Shown piece after piece: positions 50,502-63,798 of a stretch of 64,000 nt of DNA (its first letter is position 1; each line of letters starts with the position of its first letter). Position numbers and translations under genes: made by a program. Origin of the DNA: Azolla caroliniana. Lineage: Eukaryota; Plantae; Polypodiophyta. The notes under the pieces are model-generated. The model searched no databases. It was given only the letters and a program-made list of their open reading frames with translations, and was not told where the DNA came from. The stretch covers positions 11,532,001-11,596,000 of the forward strand of contig JBHGNT010000009.1 in assembly GCA_043228905.1 (NCBI GenBank), written 5' to 3'.

Positions 50502-50887
50502 TCACAGACTCCATAGCTTCCTTCTGTGCAGGTTTCGGGAGGCTCGCGCTGCTCCGAGGAATGCCCGAGTGCTTCCGGCAGCGCCTCCAACCTGTTCCTG
50601 TCTTTCTGTGCGTTTACGAACAGGTATCGGCATCTGTCCGCCGGCCTGTTCGGTTGTAACCGACTTCGTGTTTTGTTGTCTTAGTGTTCTTGTTGTTTGT
50701 CTTGTCAATACATACATACTTTCGTGTCTTTTGTGTCGTTGTCCCATTCGCGTCCTTGCGTCGAAGGGCCGTGTCCCTGTGAATCTACGCTCGCACGTAG
50801 TGGGTCTCTCTCTCTCTCTCTTACTCTTCGGTACAGGACTCCCGAGGTCCCGCCTCACTCCACGCATCCGCGAGGAATACCTCGACA

Positions 50888-52700
50888 CCGTAAAATTCGT
50901 GGCGACGCTTACTCCAAGTCTTCCCATCATCCGCTCCTCCATGGCCTGGCGGAATCGTGGGACTAGTTGCAGCAACTTCTCCATGGTTAATGTGATCTCG
51001 CAGCCTGTCAGTGCCTTCCATATGGGGTCCGGGGATGGTCCCTCTTCCTCCAATAGCTCCACCGTGTTTGCGGACTCCTTCCGCATGCGCTCCATATTTG
51101 TCGTGTTTGCTTTTTCAACCCATGCTTGGGTTGTCCGTCGTGTCTCATCTAGCGCGGCCCAATCAACATTTGTTTTTTGTTGACGTGTCGTGACTTACTG
51201 TACTTCCGTCATAATCGTATTGACAGCGGACCCCTTGCCCTTGCATATTGGGCATTGTGTGGAAAAATGTCTAGGTTGTTGACAAACAAAACAATGGATC
51301 CTAGATTCACCCTTCTCGACCCCTGGTGGTGTGTGTCGATCCCCAGGTGTGACTTGCTCCTCTCGGTCCTGATTCGTTCATCAAAGCGTACGCGATGGTT
51401 GCTGTTGGTCCCGGCGTGGTTCCTGGTGCCTGTCATCGTCCGAACTTTCGTTGTACCGCTGTTGGTCCTGATATTGACGATGCTTTCCGCGAGGCCCATT
51501 GAAGCTGCCACATTTGTTCGTCGGACGGTAATTCTCATAGCATCGGCCCCCTTTAGTATTTTTGGGGTTACCACGGTAGTCTTCATCCTCCGGCTCCTCT
51601 TCCTCGGAATCGTTGTGATTCCGACGATTCTGGTAGTGCCGGTCATTGCGTGGGTTTCGATCCATATACCGTGTTCATTCTTCTTGCCGCCTTTGTTCAT
51701 TACGGCGTGGGGGACGTTCTGTTTCCACGCTGCGTACTGTGGGCGTGGCTCTGTTCAACATATTGTACTCGCACTTCTCAATTGTGTGAGCTTTCGAGTG
51801 ACAGATTGGACAGTGGATCCGCATGTTGCATTCAACTGCGGAATGCCCCGAATTCAAGCAAATCGTGCATTGGATCGCTTAACGAAAATGTTGTTCCTCG
51901 TCCTGAGGTAACGCTTGTCGTAATGAGGACATGGAAAACCTTTCCTCTTCTTCATCCAGCTCGAGTTGTAGTACTCTTTCTATGACCATATCAGTCGTTT
52001 CCCCTTTCACGCTATTGTTGGTTAGTGTTGTCCGTATGGGTCAGCGTAATGCTGCCAGAAATGTCTCCCTAGCCTCGTCCTCCGTCGGGCCCCGTTATAA
52101 TTTCCGTCGTAGATTTTGGAAGTGTAAACTGAAATCCGCTACCGTCTTGATCGGCAACTATTTAATTGTATAAAACTGCCCGAGGATTTTGCGTTGCGGC
52201 ACCCTCCGATGAAAAAACCGTAGAAAGGGTGACTGCAGTTGGTTGAAGGTCGTGATTGCCGGCAGATCCATCTGTGAATGCCAAACGCCGCTCTCCCATC
52301 CAATGTAAATCCGAACTCCGTCATTTTGGACTGGTGCGCTACTGCCTCGGAAAGGCTCCGCGCCATGTGCTTTGCATTCCAGACATTGAGGAACAGTCGG
52401 ATGTGGGTTGCGGCGTCGGTTTCGTCGTTGAAGCGGGGATAAGCAAAGGCCACGTTGGGTGCTACGGCGGGCAGGGAAAGGCCACAGTGCTTTTGTGGTG
52501 AGCGCGCTTCCTGCGTATCGTCAAGGTATTTGGAGAGCGAGAAATCGTCTTTGTGGTCCCGACAGGTATTAGTCTGGTTACTGAGGCGAGGCTTTTGCCG
52601 TGCACGTTCCTCTGCCTGGCATGTGATGGACCTTGTGATTGGTTGGTCTTGTCGTGTTGGTTCTCTGGGGCGTCTGAGGCTGAACATCCATTCGTCGTTG
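50888..52700 (-). pseudogene. Element C gag
   Basis: YPRFNDETDAATHIRLF...FTLDGRA and zinc knuckle CPICHSKAHTIEKC; frameshifted. Confidence 0.8.
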
Positions 52701-53213
52701 TTTGTCTGTGAGAAGACACAGATCACCAAGTGTACCAAAACTGTTACCGATTAGGAACACGGTCTATGGTCAGTCCTTCGACCTAGACCTCAAAGTGACT
52801 GTGTGGCAATGAATGGTAGCATCTGTGCATAATACTTAGGGGAATACCTCCCGTAACCTAGCAGCATATAAGGGAGACGGCTACAACTGAGCTCCTTAGA
52901 CAGTGGGCTAGCACACACACTTTTACTCACGCCTACGCTCTTACGAATGTGCTACGCCACCAAGGATTACAGGCACACAATAGATTAACCACAGATACGC
53001 ACAAATATCAGAGAAGATAGAACTCTATTAAGATATGCCTTTTACATTCAAAATTACACGCTACCTCTATCAGAGGTTTTCTGCCATGTATATACGCAGC
53101 AAGGTCTTTTAGCCGTTCACGCTTCCCGCGTGAACCGTTTACATGCATTACAATATTACTCGATTCCATATTACTACGCTCTTGTCCGTTGGTTACTATT
53201 CTGGCGGACAACA

Positions 53214-55930
53214 GCATGGCTAGGTCAAGAGTTGCGCATCTAGAAACCATACCGAGAATCGGTAGGCAGTCTATTTGTATACTCACGTCTATCACAATGA
53301 GGTAGTCTTTGTCGATCTTTACCGCGGAAACGATACCCCATAGCTCACGCTTGACTTGGGCGTATCCTCGTTGTCGCTCACTTAGTACCTTCGCACCGAA
53401 TCAGATAGGGAAACGCATGCCGTCTTCGTCCTCTTGATTTAAGACCCATCCGATCCCGGTCGGGCTAGTGTCCACCGTGATGTAGACCAGAGTTCCTAGT
53501 GCGTATTCCACTTTGTATAAAGCTGGTGCCACGATGAGCGTTTGTTTTAGCCTCTGTACCGCCTCGGTATGTTTCTTTGTCCATTCGAATTTCCTGCTCT
53601 TCTTTAGCAAGCCGTAGAGTGGTTCGACGATGTGCGGGTAATGAGGGATCCATATGTGGTAGAAGGCGCATGCTCCTAAGAACCGTCAGACCTCGGTGAT
53701 GGATATGCACTCCTCCTTCATTGCCGAGATGGCCTCTACCTTGGTTGGTGATGGCTTCCGGCCGTACGACCCACATAGATGGCCCACCACTAAGATCTCT
53801 GGTTGTCCAAAGACCGACTTCTCTCCCGAGAAGGTAAGTCGTGCGTCTTCGAGCCTCTGTAGTATCTTCTCGCAGTCGGAGATATGGTCGGTGAAAAACC
53901 TTCAGCACCCGTCCGCGCCGATCGACTCATCCTTGGTGTCCTCTGGACACCCCTTGACAGGGATGTCGTCCAAGAAAGTCATGGTGATGTCCGGAATGCA
54001 ATCCCGCAAAACTTTGTTCATTGCATTCACCATGTGTGCCACCGAGTTGGTCCCTCCTTGTGGTAGGGTACACATTCGAATTAGGCCGAGAGGAGTTTGC
54101 ATTGTTGTGATGTCCATGCTTTCCACGGCCAGCTGGAACTGTTCGTACCCCAAGTAAAGGTCTCTAACCGAGTATATGGACCCTCTGGCGAAGGCTTCCA
54201 CGAACTCATCGATCGACAGTCCAACTCCCGTATTGCGGATGGTCACCTTGTTGACCGGTTGTAAGTCCTGGATGAATCGCAACGTACCGTTCTTCTTTGG
54301 TACCGTAAACCATCGGTTAGAGTAAGGGGCACTCGATGGTTCAAGGATGCCCAGCTCCACCTTCTGCTTAAGAAGCTCCATCAACATTGGCATGTGAGCT
54401 CTTGGTACTTGAATCGGTTTGAGACTCCATGGCATGTGCGGCACGGTAAAGATCACCATTGGTTCGACAATGGTCGGGTCGACGCACCCGATCTCTCCCG
54501 GCGAGAATGCGAAGGCTTTCCCGTGCCTCTCGAGCATCCTTCTAAGCTGGTCCTCTTCCACCGGCAGTAGGAAGCCACCCCCACCGATCTTCAGCTCTCG
54601 TAGCGTTTTGTCGGTGAAAAGGTGTCCTATGCCGGCGGGATCTTGCAAGCTCGAGTCAATAGCGACCCCCTTTATTCGTTCCCAGCTGCCCTCCGATAAG
54701 GGAGTCGTGACGTGCTTCACCTTCCGGTCTACAGTCTTGTACTTGGTGTCTACTCGGGCGATCCGATGCGCCTTGGTTTTTCTTTCGAAGTCCGCAATGA
54801 CTTCATACATGTCGACCGAGTTGACCGGTATGACTCGGTCTTCGCTTAGGCCTCCTTCGACTACCTTCCTGATTTCTCCAAGGGTATCATCGAACAAGAC
54901 CGCCTCCACGGCTTCCCCAATCCCTTCGTCGTGACTCAAGGCTCCGCACGCCTTTAAGCGTATCTCGGCCCGTTTTCTTTCTCGGCCACTGATGCTGCCT
55001 ATGGTACATCTCCCATTGTCGGAGAACAAAACTTTCCTTCCTATTTTACAGGTGTGGGGAATTTTCCAGCTATCCGGACTATCGCAGCCCCGCGCCTTGA
55101 TAGCCCTTTCTAAAAATCTGCCTTGTCGTTATTTCCGAGGGTGTCCCTATTCTGCTCGTGATTCTTCCAAACGGTCAAAATTTGGATGGAATGACAGTCG
55201 TCCTGACTTTTTACCCTCGCATAGGCTTAACCATTGTCCAGCACTTTCGTCTCCATTCTAGCCGCCCTGATGTATTGTTCGTCGAGGATGACCGGGTGGG
55301 AGCACGTATCTTCATGAAAAAGTGTTGGTTTATATCGAAGTCTCCGACGCTCACCCTAACGTTCGGGCAAGCCCCGTGTAGTTCTTCCGTGGCTCTTGTA
55401 GCCCCATGTATCTTCCACCCATGTTTGGTGTTGATCAGCCAATTCCCTCTTTTGTAGAAGTCCAGGGACATCAGGTTAATTTCCGACCCGTGGTCGATTA
55501 ATGCCACCACCAATTCCTTCACGTCCCCGATACGAACCGGGGTTTCTATAGTCGTTCTTGCCCAGTGCGGCCTAGCATACTGGCTCTCCACAAGCTCCTT
55601 TTCCACGGCTATCTCATTGAGGAGTGTCGCCCTTACCTCAACCGGCTTCTCGGGCTCCGGTTCTGTCGCGAGACGCTTTCTCTTCACGAGCTCCACGATG
55701 TTGTCGTGGAATTCCCTTCTCGCTATGCCAAGCACTCCCCTAAGCGTGAGTTCTATGCAACTGTCAAGAACTAGCTCCTCTAGAACCTTCTGTAGGTTCG
55801 TTGTTTTCTCTATTTCCGAGCATAAACGGAAGCTTGGAATCCTGCCCTTCTCCTTCTCTTGGAACCCGGTCGGAGTGGCATTGTGCCTTTTGGGTGCACT
55901 TCGGGTGTCATACCTCCCCGAAGGGCCCGC
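53214..55930 (-). pseudogene. Element A gag-protease and pol (RT, RNase H)
   Basis: LIDHGSEINL, RFIQDLQPVN, FLDD; multiple frameshifts. Confidence 0.9.
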
Positions 55931-56617
55931 TGTCGTGATGTTTTCAACACATAGTGTGAAACCACCACAAAAAAAAGAATAAAGTAGTAGTTGAAATAAA
56001 CTAATATTGTGAAGTCAACTTTTGTAACAAATGATGAAAAGATAAGAAGTTAGAAGCGAATTTTCAAAAGTAGAAAAAATAGAAAAATAATAATAATAAT
56101 AACACAAAAAAAAAAACGCGAGGCGTAGAATTGAGGAGCATGGTAGAGAAAAAAGCTCATAATTTCCTCATCCGGTGTCCAAATTAGACAAGAAAACATT
56201 CATAAGAAATCTAACTCAACGGATTTTCCAAAAATAGCTTTCATGTCTAATTTGGACTTACAAAAATAAGATAGGATAGAAATAAAACGCAACTCATATA
56301 GACAAGCTTCTTTTTAGGAGAAAAATAAAGCAAACCATAGTAAACCTAATAAGAGCTTATTTTAAGAAGAAGAGAGACAGGGGGATTGAAGAAGAAAAGA
56401 TTTATATTTCCTCTCTCATACTCTTATACCCCAAAAGGGGATATAGAAGAAAAAAAAATATCATGTATAAAAACAAGTCCATTATATTGATGATTTAGTA
56501 ATAAAAACTTTCCATATTTCTTCTCTTATGCTCTCTTATTTTAAACATTGCTTATGTATAAAGATAATTAAGTGTCATTCATACTCCCGTAATCTAAGCT
56601 TTTCTTACTTATTAGCA
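55931..56617 (+). repeat. Possible LTR fragment that truncates element A
   Basis: Abrupt switch to AT-rich DNA starting TGTCGTGA, like the lineage LTR start; preceded by CCGC. The far end was not found. Confidence 0.4.
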
Positions 56618-56622
56618 TTATT

Positions 56623-57686
56623 TGACGGTGTCGTGCCTTTCGGCTCCGGATCGTTGCGTGAGTCGGGTGGGAACCGCCGAGGTTTTGGACTAGGAGAAAG
56701 AAAAATATGAGATGAGGCTAGTAATGAATAGATTATTAGAAAGAGAGATAGAAATTTCGTGAATCCCACAAGTGTATTTTATTCGATTAATCAATATTTA
56801 GATAAGAATATGTATTTAGATTGAAAGAAATATATAAGAAACTTGTGAATCCCACAAGTATAGATTATATTATTTTCGTGAATCCCACGATTATATTAAT
56901 TGGTTGGTGTTTTCAGAAATATATCCAATTTCCAAATATTTCACACACCTATTACATTGTGCTCCCCATCCTTATGTAGTGATGGGAGAGACTAAGCATA
57001 GCTACATGCTTTTTTTTCTAATATGTTCATGCACACTAAATGTGCATGTGATGCTTTTCTAATCCTTGCTTTTATTTGCTAAATATAGTGCTCATGCACG
57101 CTAGATGTGCATGAGTCACTTTTTAGTTGCTTGCGTTTTTCTATAAAATATTCACGCACTCTAAAAATGCATGGTTTACCTTTTAATAAAGGTAGGCGCA
57201 AATAAAGCACTTATAGTTATTAAATCTATTTGTAGAACACTAAAGATAAGGTAGCATAATGGTAAAGTTGAGGTTTGGCTACGTGGAGGTACAGGTTTCA
57301 AATCTTGCCCTATGCACGTGATAAATATTTTGATATTCTTATTTTATTTATTTATATGTAATTAAATCGTTTATATTATTTTTACTTTTTCACGTAGTGT
57401 ACGAAATACACTACGACAACGGGAACTAAACTCTCCGTTATACGCAGTGCTCAGCCACAACCGAGCTTAGAATCATACACAGAAAACGGGAATGAAAGCA
57501 CGACACAAAGAAGAGAAGAGCACACTGGATGTTTACGTGGAAAACCCCAAACTCGGGAAAAAAAACCACGGCAGCCCACAGGCTGCAAACTATCACTATG
57601 TTAGAATGTACAACAGTGAGTTCACGGAGGCAACGACCTCGTGCTCACGATCTTCGCCACAGGCGGCGGTTACAACAGAAGCAACG

Positions 57687-57735
<49 letters not shown>

Positions 57736-58082
57736 CACTGTTACGCGCTCTAATCTCATGCAAAACAAGAATGACAACAACTATATCAAAAGTTTTCCCT
57801 AAGTCATATTTATACCAATATAACTTTTCGGCTATTTACAAATATAGCCACGATGGGCTCTCAGAAACATATTTACGAATATGTCTCTTCATCCGGTGAG
57901 CACTCCTCACCAGGTCTGCACCATCCAGCTCTCCGTAGCCGGGTACTCCTCATCCGGTTCTCACCGGGTCTGCACCATCCCACTCTCTGTAGCCGGGTAC
58001 TCCTCATCCGGCTTTGGCCTCAGCCGAGATTGTTCAGCACTGTTCTTCTCCCTTCCCATCCGGAGGGACCTGTCTCCCAACA
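56623..58082 (-). mobile_element. Copia-family solo LTR interrupted by a gypsy-lineage solo LTR
   Basis: 57419-58082 is homologous to the Copia-1/2 LTRs; TG start at 56623; 5-bp TSD TTATT (56618-56622 / 58083-58087). Confidence 0.8.
56629..57418 (-). mobile_element. Solo LTR of family F
   Basis: TGTCG...CGACA, homologous to 18108-18951; 4-bp TSD ACGG (56625-56628 / 57419-57422). Confidence 0.9.
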
Positions 58083-58371
58083 TTATTAAGTATTATTCAA
58101 TCTCACATAATCTCCTACTCGAAGATTTGCTTATGCATAAATGTAATTAACTATTATTTGATCTCTTATATTACCAATTTACTCTTATTAGAGGGAAATC
58201 GCTCGTCTTTACTCAATCTATACATACACTGTGCTCAGTGAGCACCTTTTATACAAGCCCTGACAATAGGGCTAACACAAGTACTGACAGTACTTGACCG
58301 CTCATAAATGAGCCTACTACACTAACTCCCAAAATTATTCCTTACGAGGAATATCTTCCCAACAGCCTCGC

Positions 58372-58458
58372 GCGGTTTACGCACCAATACGGCCATGTCA
58401 TGCATACCGATTTACGCACCCAGTCTACGCACTGGTTTACGCATTGTATTACGCACGA
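58372..58458 (+). repeat. Short degenerate (tt)tacgcac repeats
   Basis: Five spaced copies of tacgca. Confidence 0.5.
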
Positions 58459-61400
58459 ATGTTGAGCTTGTCTCTCAACACACGTAAAACCTGTGTATAT
58501 TGTGTATTGTGTATACCCTGTCTGTTGCTATTTTCGGTTTCTGCGGTATTGTGTATTTCACAATCAGTCTTTCTCACAGATCTCAATGGTTGAATCACAA
58601 CAATATCATGCCATATGCAACATATGTTTGCATATCTCTTAGATATTTTATATTATATATAACTCATCATGATGAAAGTTAACTTCAATCAATGCTCTTG
58701 GCTAACATATTAAATCAATATCAAAGAACTATATCTCATCAATGAATGTTTGGGGAAATTTCTATAATAGGACAACCCTGAGCGAAGGACATTATACAAA
58801 CATAAAATGTAATCAATGTCCCATACCACTGAATACTACCTTATGTTATTCTTTGGTTGTTCAATAACTAATCCAAAGAAGAGTGCTTGGCCTCACCAAT
58901 AGAGTCTTGACAACATCATAGGATGTCATAGTGAAGGGGGTTAGAACTAGTTCCCTTAATATAGCACAACACCTAAGGCTCCAAGACAACAATCCTACCC
59001 TTAATCCATCGAGATTATCTATAGACCAGTTTGTAATGTTAGACCTATAACATGTGTGGCCCCTTGATAGTATGTGGAATGGCGACAAACACAAGTGATA
59101 TGTAGGTGTGTATTCCCTAGAAAGTATTTGGAACATCAACGTACACAACATCATTAAATGAACATGTGCCCCTTAATAGTATTCACCAATTATTCTTATG
59201 GAGGACGTGAAACATCCATGTCTAATAACATGCATAAACCAACTAAAAATAGAAATTGTGTCATGGTTGTTCAACAAAAAAAGACAAATTTAAAATATCT
59301 AGTTCCTTTTATTAGGGCTTCCTTCTTGAAGTTTTTATACAAAAAAATAAAGGCTACTTTGCTAATTTAGGTAGTTAAAGAGATGTTTGCAGACAAGCTA
59401 CCCCAATCTCTTGGAGTTTCTTAAGTGTGATATTCTCTAACCTTGAGCTAAACTTTGTAACTGCAAAAGTATAATAACAAAAACATACTCTTAAGTTTAT
59501 AAAAAGATTTCTATTGGGATCTTGTTTCCTCTCTTAGAATTTTCTAAGCGGACATTTGCTTAAAAAAAATTATTTGTTTATAAAAGTTTGTTTCATTGTG
59601 CGTATTTTTAATATGTAATTTTGATAATAATTGGATGACAAAGTTCACACATTCGACTTTAACAACGTCAATATTCATACATAAATAACTACATGAAACC
59701 TAAATCCATATTGTTTTTGAGCTTTTTCAAAGGAAAAAAATATTGAACGGAACAATTTCTCATACTCTTTTTTTATCCCATCAAGGTAAGCAATTGCCCT
59801 TCAATTTGTTTTAAGAGAATAATTCATTTAATAGTGGAAAGGATGGTCTAAGGAGAATCGAGATAAGTACATTTTGAAATTGATGATTGTTGTAAAGCAG
59901 AAACATCAACAAGGAATTCCTCCCAAAAGAATAAGGAGAAACATCATGGAAATATGCAATTATTAACTACCTATATATATAAAAAGCAAGCAAATGAAAA
60001 GAAAGGAATAAATTGTCCTTCATTTTGTTTAAATGACTAGCACGTGTGTACGTGTAAAGAATGGTTGAAGGAGAACCGAAAATGAGAGCATATTGAAAGT
60101 AATGATTGTCATAAGATGAAAGAAAACAAAACCCCTCCCAAAAGAATAATGAGAAACATCAACAAACATGCATGTGGATAAAGCAAAAAAATGAAAAGAA
60201 GGGAATCATTAGAAAATGATGCAGTTCTCCTTGGGAATAGGGTTCTTTGACACATCATGATAACATATAGCACAAAAAATATCTTAAATGATGCTATGGG
60301 AGAGAACCCTAAAGTTAAGAAGATATCATTCCTTCTTAGATGCCCCTTTGCCCTACCTAGTTCATAATTTCCACAATTGTATGATTTTGGTAAAAATAAA
60401 ATAATGAAAATTTGAGGGAGGGCTCACATTCATGTAGTCTATTGTTTATTGGCTCCACTATTATGATGGCTCTTCTATGCATAATGCCCATCACATAGAA
60501 TGGAATTGACATAAAGTTGGAATATGTACAATAGAGGAGTATATGTAACCGAACAACCTTAACCACAAGAAAACTATAAGTTCTATATAGGAATCATCTC
60601 CACAAGCTTACATTGATATTCAAGGAATGTGCATGTTTAATTAATGTGTGTGCGATTAACACCAAAAGGTGCAATTATGCACCTGCAAGTAATGCACAAA
60701 TGTTGTTGGAGGGGTGAAGATGTGATGGCATAACGAAATATGTACCATGAACTTGTATGGGCTTTATTGTATTGATGGGTAAATGGATAGATCAAAGACT
60801 CACTTCAAAGGATTTCCTCATGTTTCCCATTTCCTTTGGAGAACAAATCAATTCTAGAGAACCCAAATGGGTTCACAAATGTGGAGTTTTGTTGTGAAGG
60901 CCAATGACTATTATCTTATGCATTATCTAAGAATAAATTTATATTTCGTACAATACAATCAAGCCTTGTGACACAAGACATGTCTTTAAGGTTCAATGTT
61001 ATGATAATATTGCATAACTTCCTACCGTTTAAGGAAATTATATGAATAGAATCTTGTAATTTATAAAAAAGTAAGATAAAGAGTTACTAATAAAAGTCTC
61101 TCTTGTGTTGCCTTCTAGGTGCATCGCACTGAGCACACATATATCTCTCGGTTGGAGTTCTATCTCCTTACCAAGGTCGTGTGTACAAGGGTAAGTTTGC
61201 CATTTACCATTTTCGTTGTGAAAAAGGTAAGAGTGGTCATCAAGCACTTTGGAGCTACAAACACTCGAACATGTGTATATAATTACCTAAGTGAACTCAT
61301 CTTCTCCTCTCTTAAATTGTATCATATTTAAGAGGCTAAATAGTGTCATAATGTGGCTTGATCAGTCAATCTAGCTGGTTAATGATGCATAGAGCATGCA

Positions 61401-62584
61401 TGAATGAGAAAAACACGTGTCCATTACATAAGATGAACCACAATCACATACAAGGGGATTAATGTAATGCTTAGAGTAATAACGCATTTAATACTAATCA
61501 CCTGAAAATGAGAGGGTAGAGATAATGTATGAGACCAAAAAATATAATATTTTCATGTAATACATCAACATGGGTAATGACTCTTGATGTTTAGGAGCAT
61601 TATAAATGAACGTCAGAAGTGAGAATGCATATTAAGATTGTGAGAGGAATCCTTGCAAGGATTAGGTTGGTCAAATATGTGTGGAGAGCATAGTTGAATG
61701 TGGTTAGAGACGTAGTACACTTGTATTAAAGTGTGATACTCAAGCTCCAAAACTTGTTTAAGTGTACACAATTGAATAATCTCATCATTTGTATCTCAAT
61801 GCCCCGTTTAACATCATAGTGAGTGTGAGCTAAGTCATATGGAAGCAATAGTTCAAATGAATAGAGAATGGGATGGGTTTTATTTATTGATGTGCGTGAT
61901 TTCCTTGTTCAATAAAGAAATTGGTTTTGTAGTTAGTATAATGTATGTGTATGTGAGAGAACATGTAACCTAACTCTTGCAAATGAGGAGGAAGAAGAAA
62001 AAAGACATATATAGGCTTTTAGAACGTTTTGGCCCTTATCACACCAGTATGCCCACAAGGGTTTTGATTCTACTAGCTTTCTCTCTTGTGTATTCTTCCC
62101 TTGCACCTTGACTTGCATCATTGATACCAACATTGATATCATTGTAGGGTTGTTAAGTGTATGACATGTACTTAGCATCCCTTGAATTGAATGAGTGCAT
62201 AATCTTGGGCATAACATGCCAAAATCTCCTTGCCAAGCCCGAGTCTACCGAGTTAATTTGAGTGGAAGGATCAAGCTTAGGTGAGAGGTGGATGCCAATA
62301 GAGGTGAGGTTGGAGAGGAAGGCATGGTTGGTGGGAGAGACATTTGGTTGAAAAGGAGGATGATTTGTTTGGGGTGGGGGGAGATAAAAGGACGGAGGTG
62401 GTGCAAGAACATGGAGGGTTGTGTTCATAGTTGGAGCAAAGGGGGAGTAGAGCAGAACAAACCATGTATCAACTATCATGAAGACATACATTTTGGCTTA
62501 TCAAGAGTCGAACCTACAACTTCTTGGTCTATATGTTGAACCTTTAACCATTGTAATAACATATATGGTGTGTAATTATAATAA

Positions 62585-62897
62585 GGGAAAAGTACTAGGA
62601 TACCCATGGAAGTTCATCTATTTACCAGAATGCCCTTGGAAGTTCCAAATTTACCAAACTACCCCTATGTCCAAAAAATTACACTTTATAAAGTAATTAT
62701 ACACTCAAATCTTTGGTAAATAGGGCTAGTTCGGGTCCATTTCTTCCATCTTTGGTAAATAGGGCTTGTAGATTTAAGTGTATAATTACTTTATAAAGTG
62801 TAATTTTTTGGACATAGGGGTAGTTTGGTAAATTTGGAACTTCCAAGGGCATTCTGGTAAATAGACAAACTTCCAGTGGTATCCTGGTACTTTTCCC
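62585..62897. mobile_element. Mutator-like MITE (313 bp)
   Basis: About 125-bp TIRs starting GGGAAAAGTAC; 9-bp TSD TTATAATAA (62576-62584 / 62898-62906). Confidence 0.92.
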
Positions 62898-63432
62898 TTA
62901 TAATAATTATATTTTTAGTTATTACAAGATATTTCGAATATTCTAGAACATTCTTGAATATTTCATTATTATATTTATTATCATAAATATCTAAAATATT
63001 CTATAGAACATTCTAGAATACTCCATAAAGATCTATAAATAGGTGTCCATACATTCATCACAATTCATTCAGTTCAACACCAGTCTTTAGCCCTTAGCCT
63101 ACTCTTTGTAACCTTGGTTTTTCTTAATATAATCTCATTTCCATTTCCTGTCTTATCTCTCTCTCTCTCTCCTACTCACGAGTAATGACATCAACCATGT
63201 TTCAAAGCCATGTTGGGAGGATGAAGGTGGGCTGGTTGCATGCATCGAGTGAGTGATCATTTGGTGCTTGGTGGGGCCATTATTGAGGTCATCGGTGAAT
63301 ATTAGGATAGTCGTACTAGTGGAATCATGGACACTCAAGGGGATGTGAGGAGAGGAGAAGTTGTAAAAATGTTTGAAGACAAAATGTTCTTTGAACATTG
63401 GGATTAGATCTTTTGATGGACTTTATGATTAA

Positions 63433-63734
63433 TGTTGGTGTTGATAATTAGTTGTTGAGAATCAAACTCAACTTCCCTAGTGTGGGAACACACCTTAGTA
63501 TACTCAAGTGTGTGAACACCCCACCTCCTAGTATAGTAACTAGTGTGTCATAGAACTTTAAGGTTCTATGACACATATTTAGTAGATAGTTAAGACTTCA
63601 CCTCTTCAAGTGGTGGTTGTAGTAAGAGAACATGGAGAGAAGGTGATTACATAAGCATCTTCTCCTCCTCTTTGTAATGTTGGTTCATTCATGTTATTGT
63701 TAATACAGTCTTCTTGTTTCCTGCATACATTGTG

Positions 63735-63798
<64 letters not shown>

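Larger units (their letters stand above)
43882..50887 (+). mobile_element. Ty3/gypsy element B2, full length (7006 bp), inverted relative to B1
   Basis: LTRs 43882-44525 and 50234-50887; 4-bp TSD CCGT (43878-43881 / 50888-50891); Trp PBS at 44530-44547 with one mismatch. Confidence 0.97.
21692..53213 (-). mobile_element. Ty3/gypsy element C (non-chromovirus type) with extra 3' ORF, carrying insertions B1, D and B2
   Basis: 472-bp LTRs at 21692-22163 and 52742-53213 (roughly 6% diverged by eye); 5-bp TSD GCATG (21687-21691 / 53214-53218). Confidence 0.95.
20016..55930 (-). mobile_element. Ty3/gypsy element A (5'-truncated), host of element C
   Basis: 3' LTR 20016-20773 (U5 homologous to B LTR end); PPT agtgggggtgga; pol at 20828-21691 and 53214-55110; gag-PR at 55110-55930. 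The pol is split at LDLAM|LRW by element C. Confidence 0.85.

Noticed and set aside
50407-51183. 258-aa ORF and similar LTR ORFs (26269-26706, N-part of 31998-33056)
   Set aside because: They span LTR/host junctions and microsatellites, so they are chance open frames.
51177-51911. 244-aa hydrophobic ORF as a membrane or env protein
   Set aside because: Antisense shadow of the hydrophilic gag region of element C.
61119-61190. Possible 72-nt exon (ttctag|...|gtaagt)
   Set aside because: Good splice-like borders, but no recognisable peptide or neighbouring exons; needs RNA-seq.
62153-62260. DSGLAR as a kinase DFGLAR motif
   Set aside because: No other kinase motifs nearby.
58400-62500. Host gene or decayed transposase in the AT-rich stretch
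   Set aside because: Only short ORFs without recognisable domains; left unannotated.
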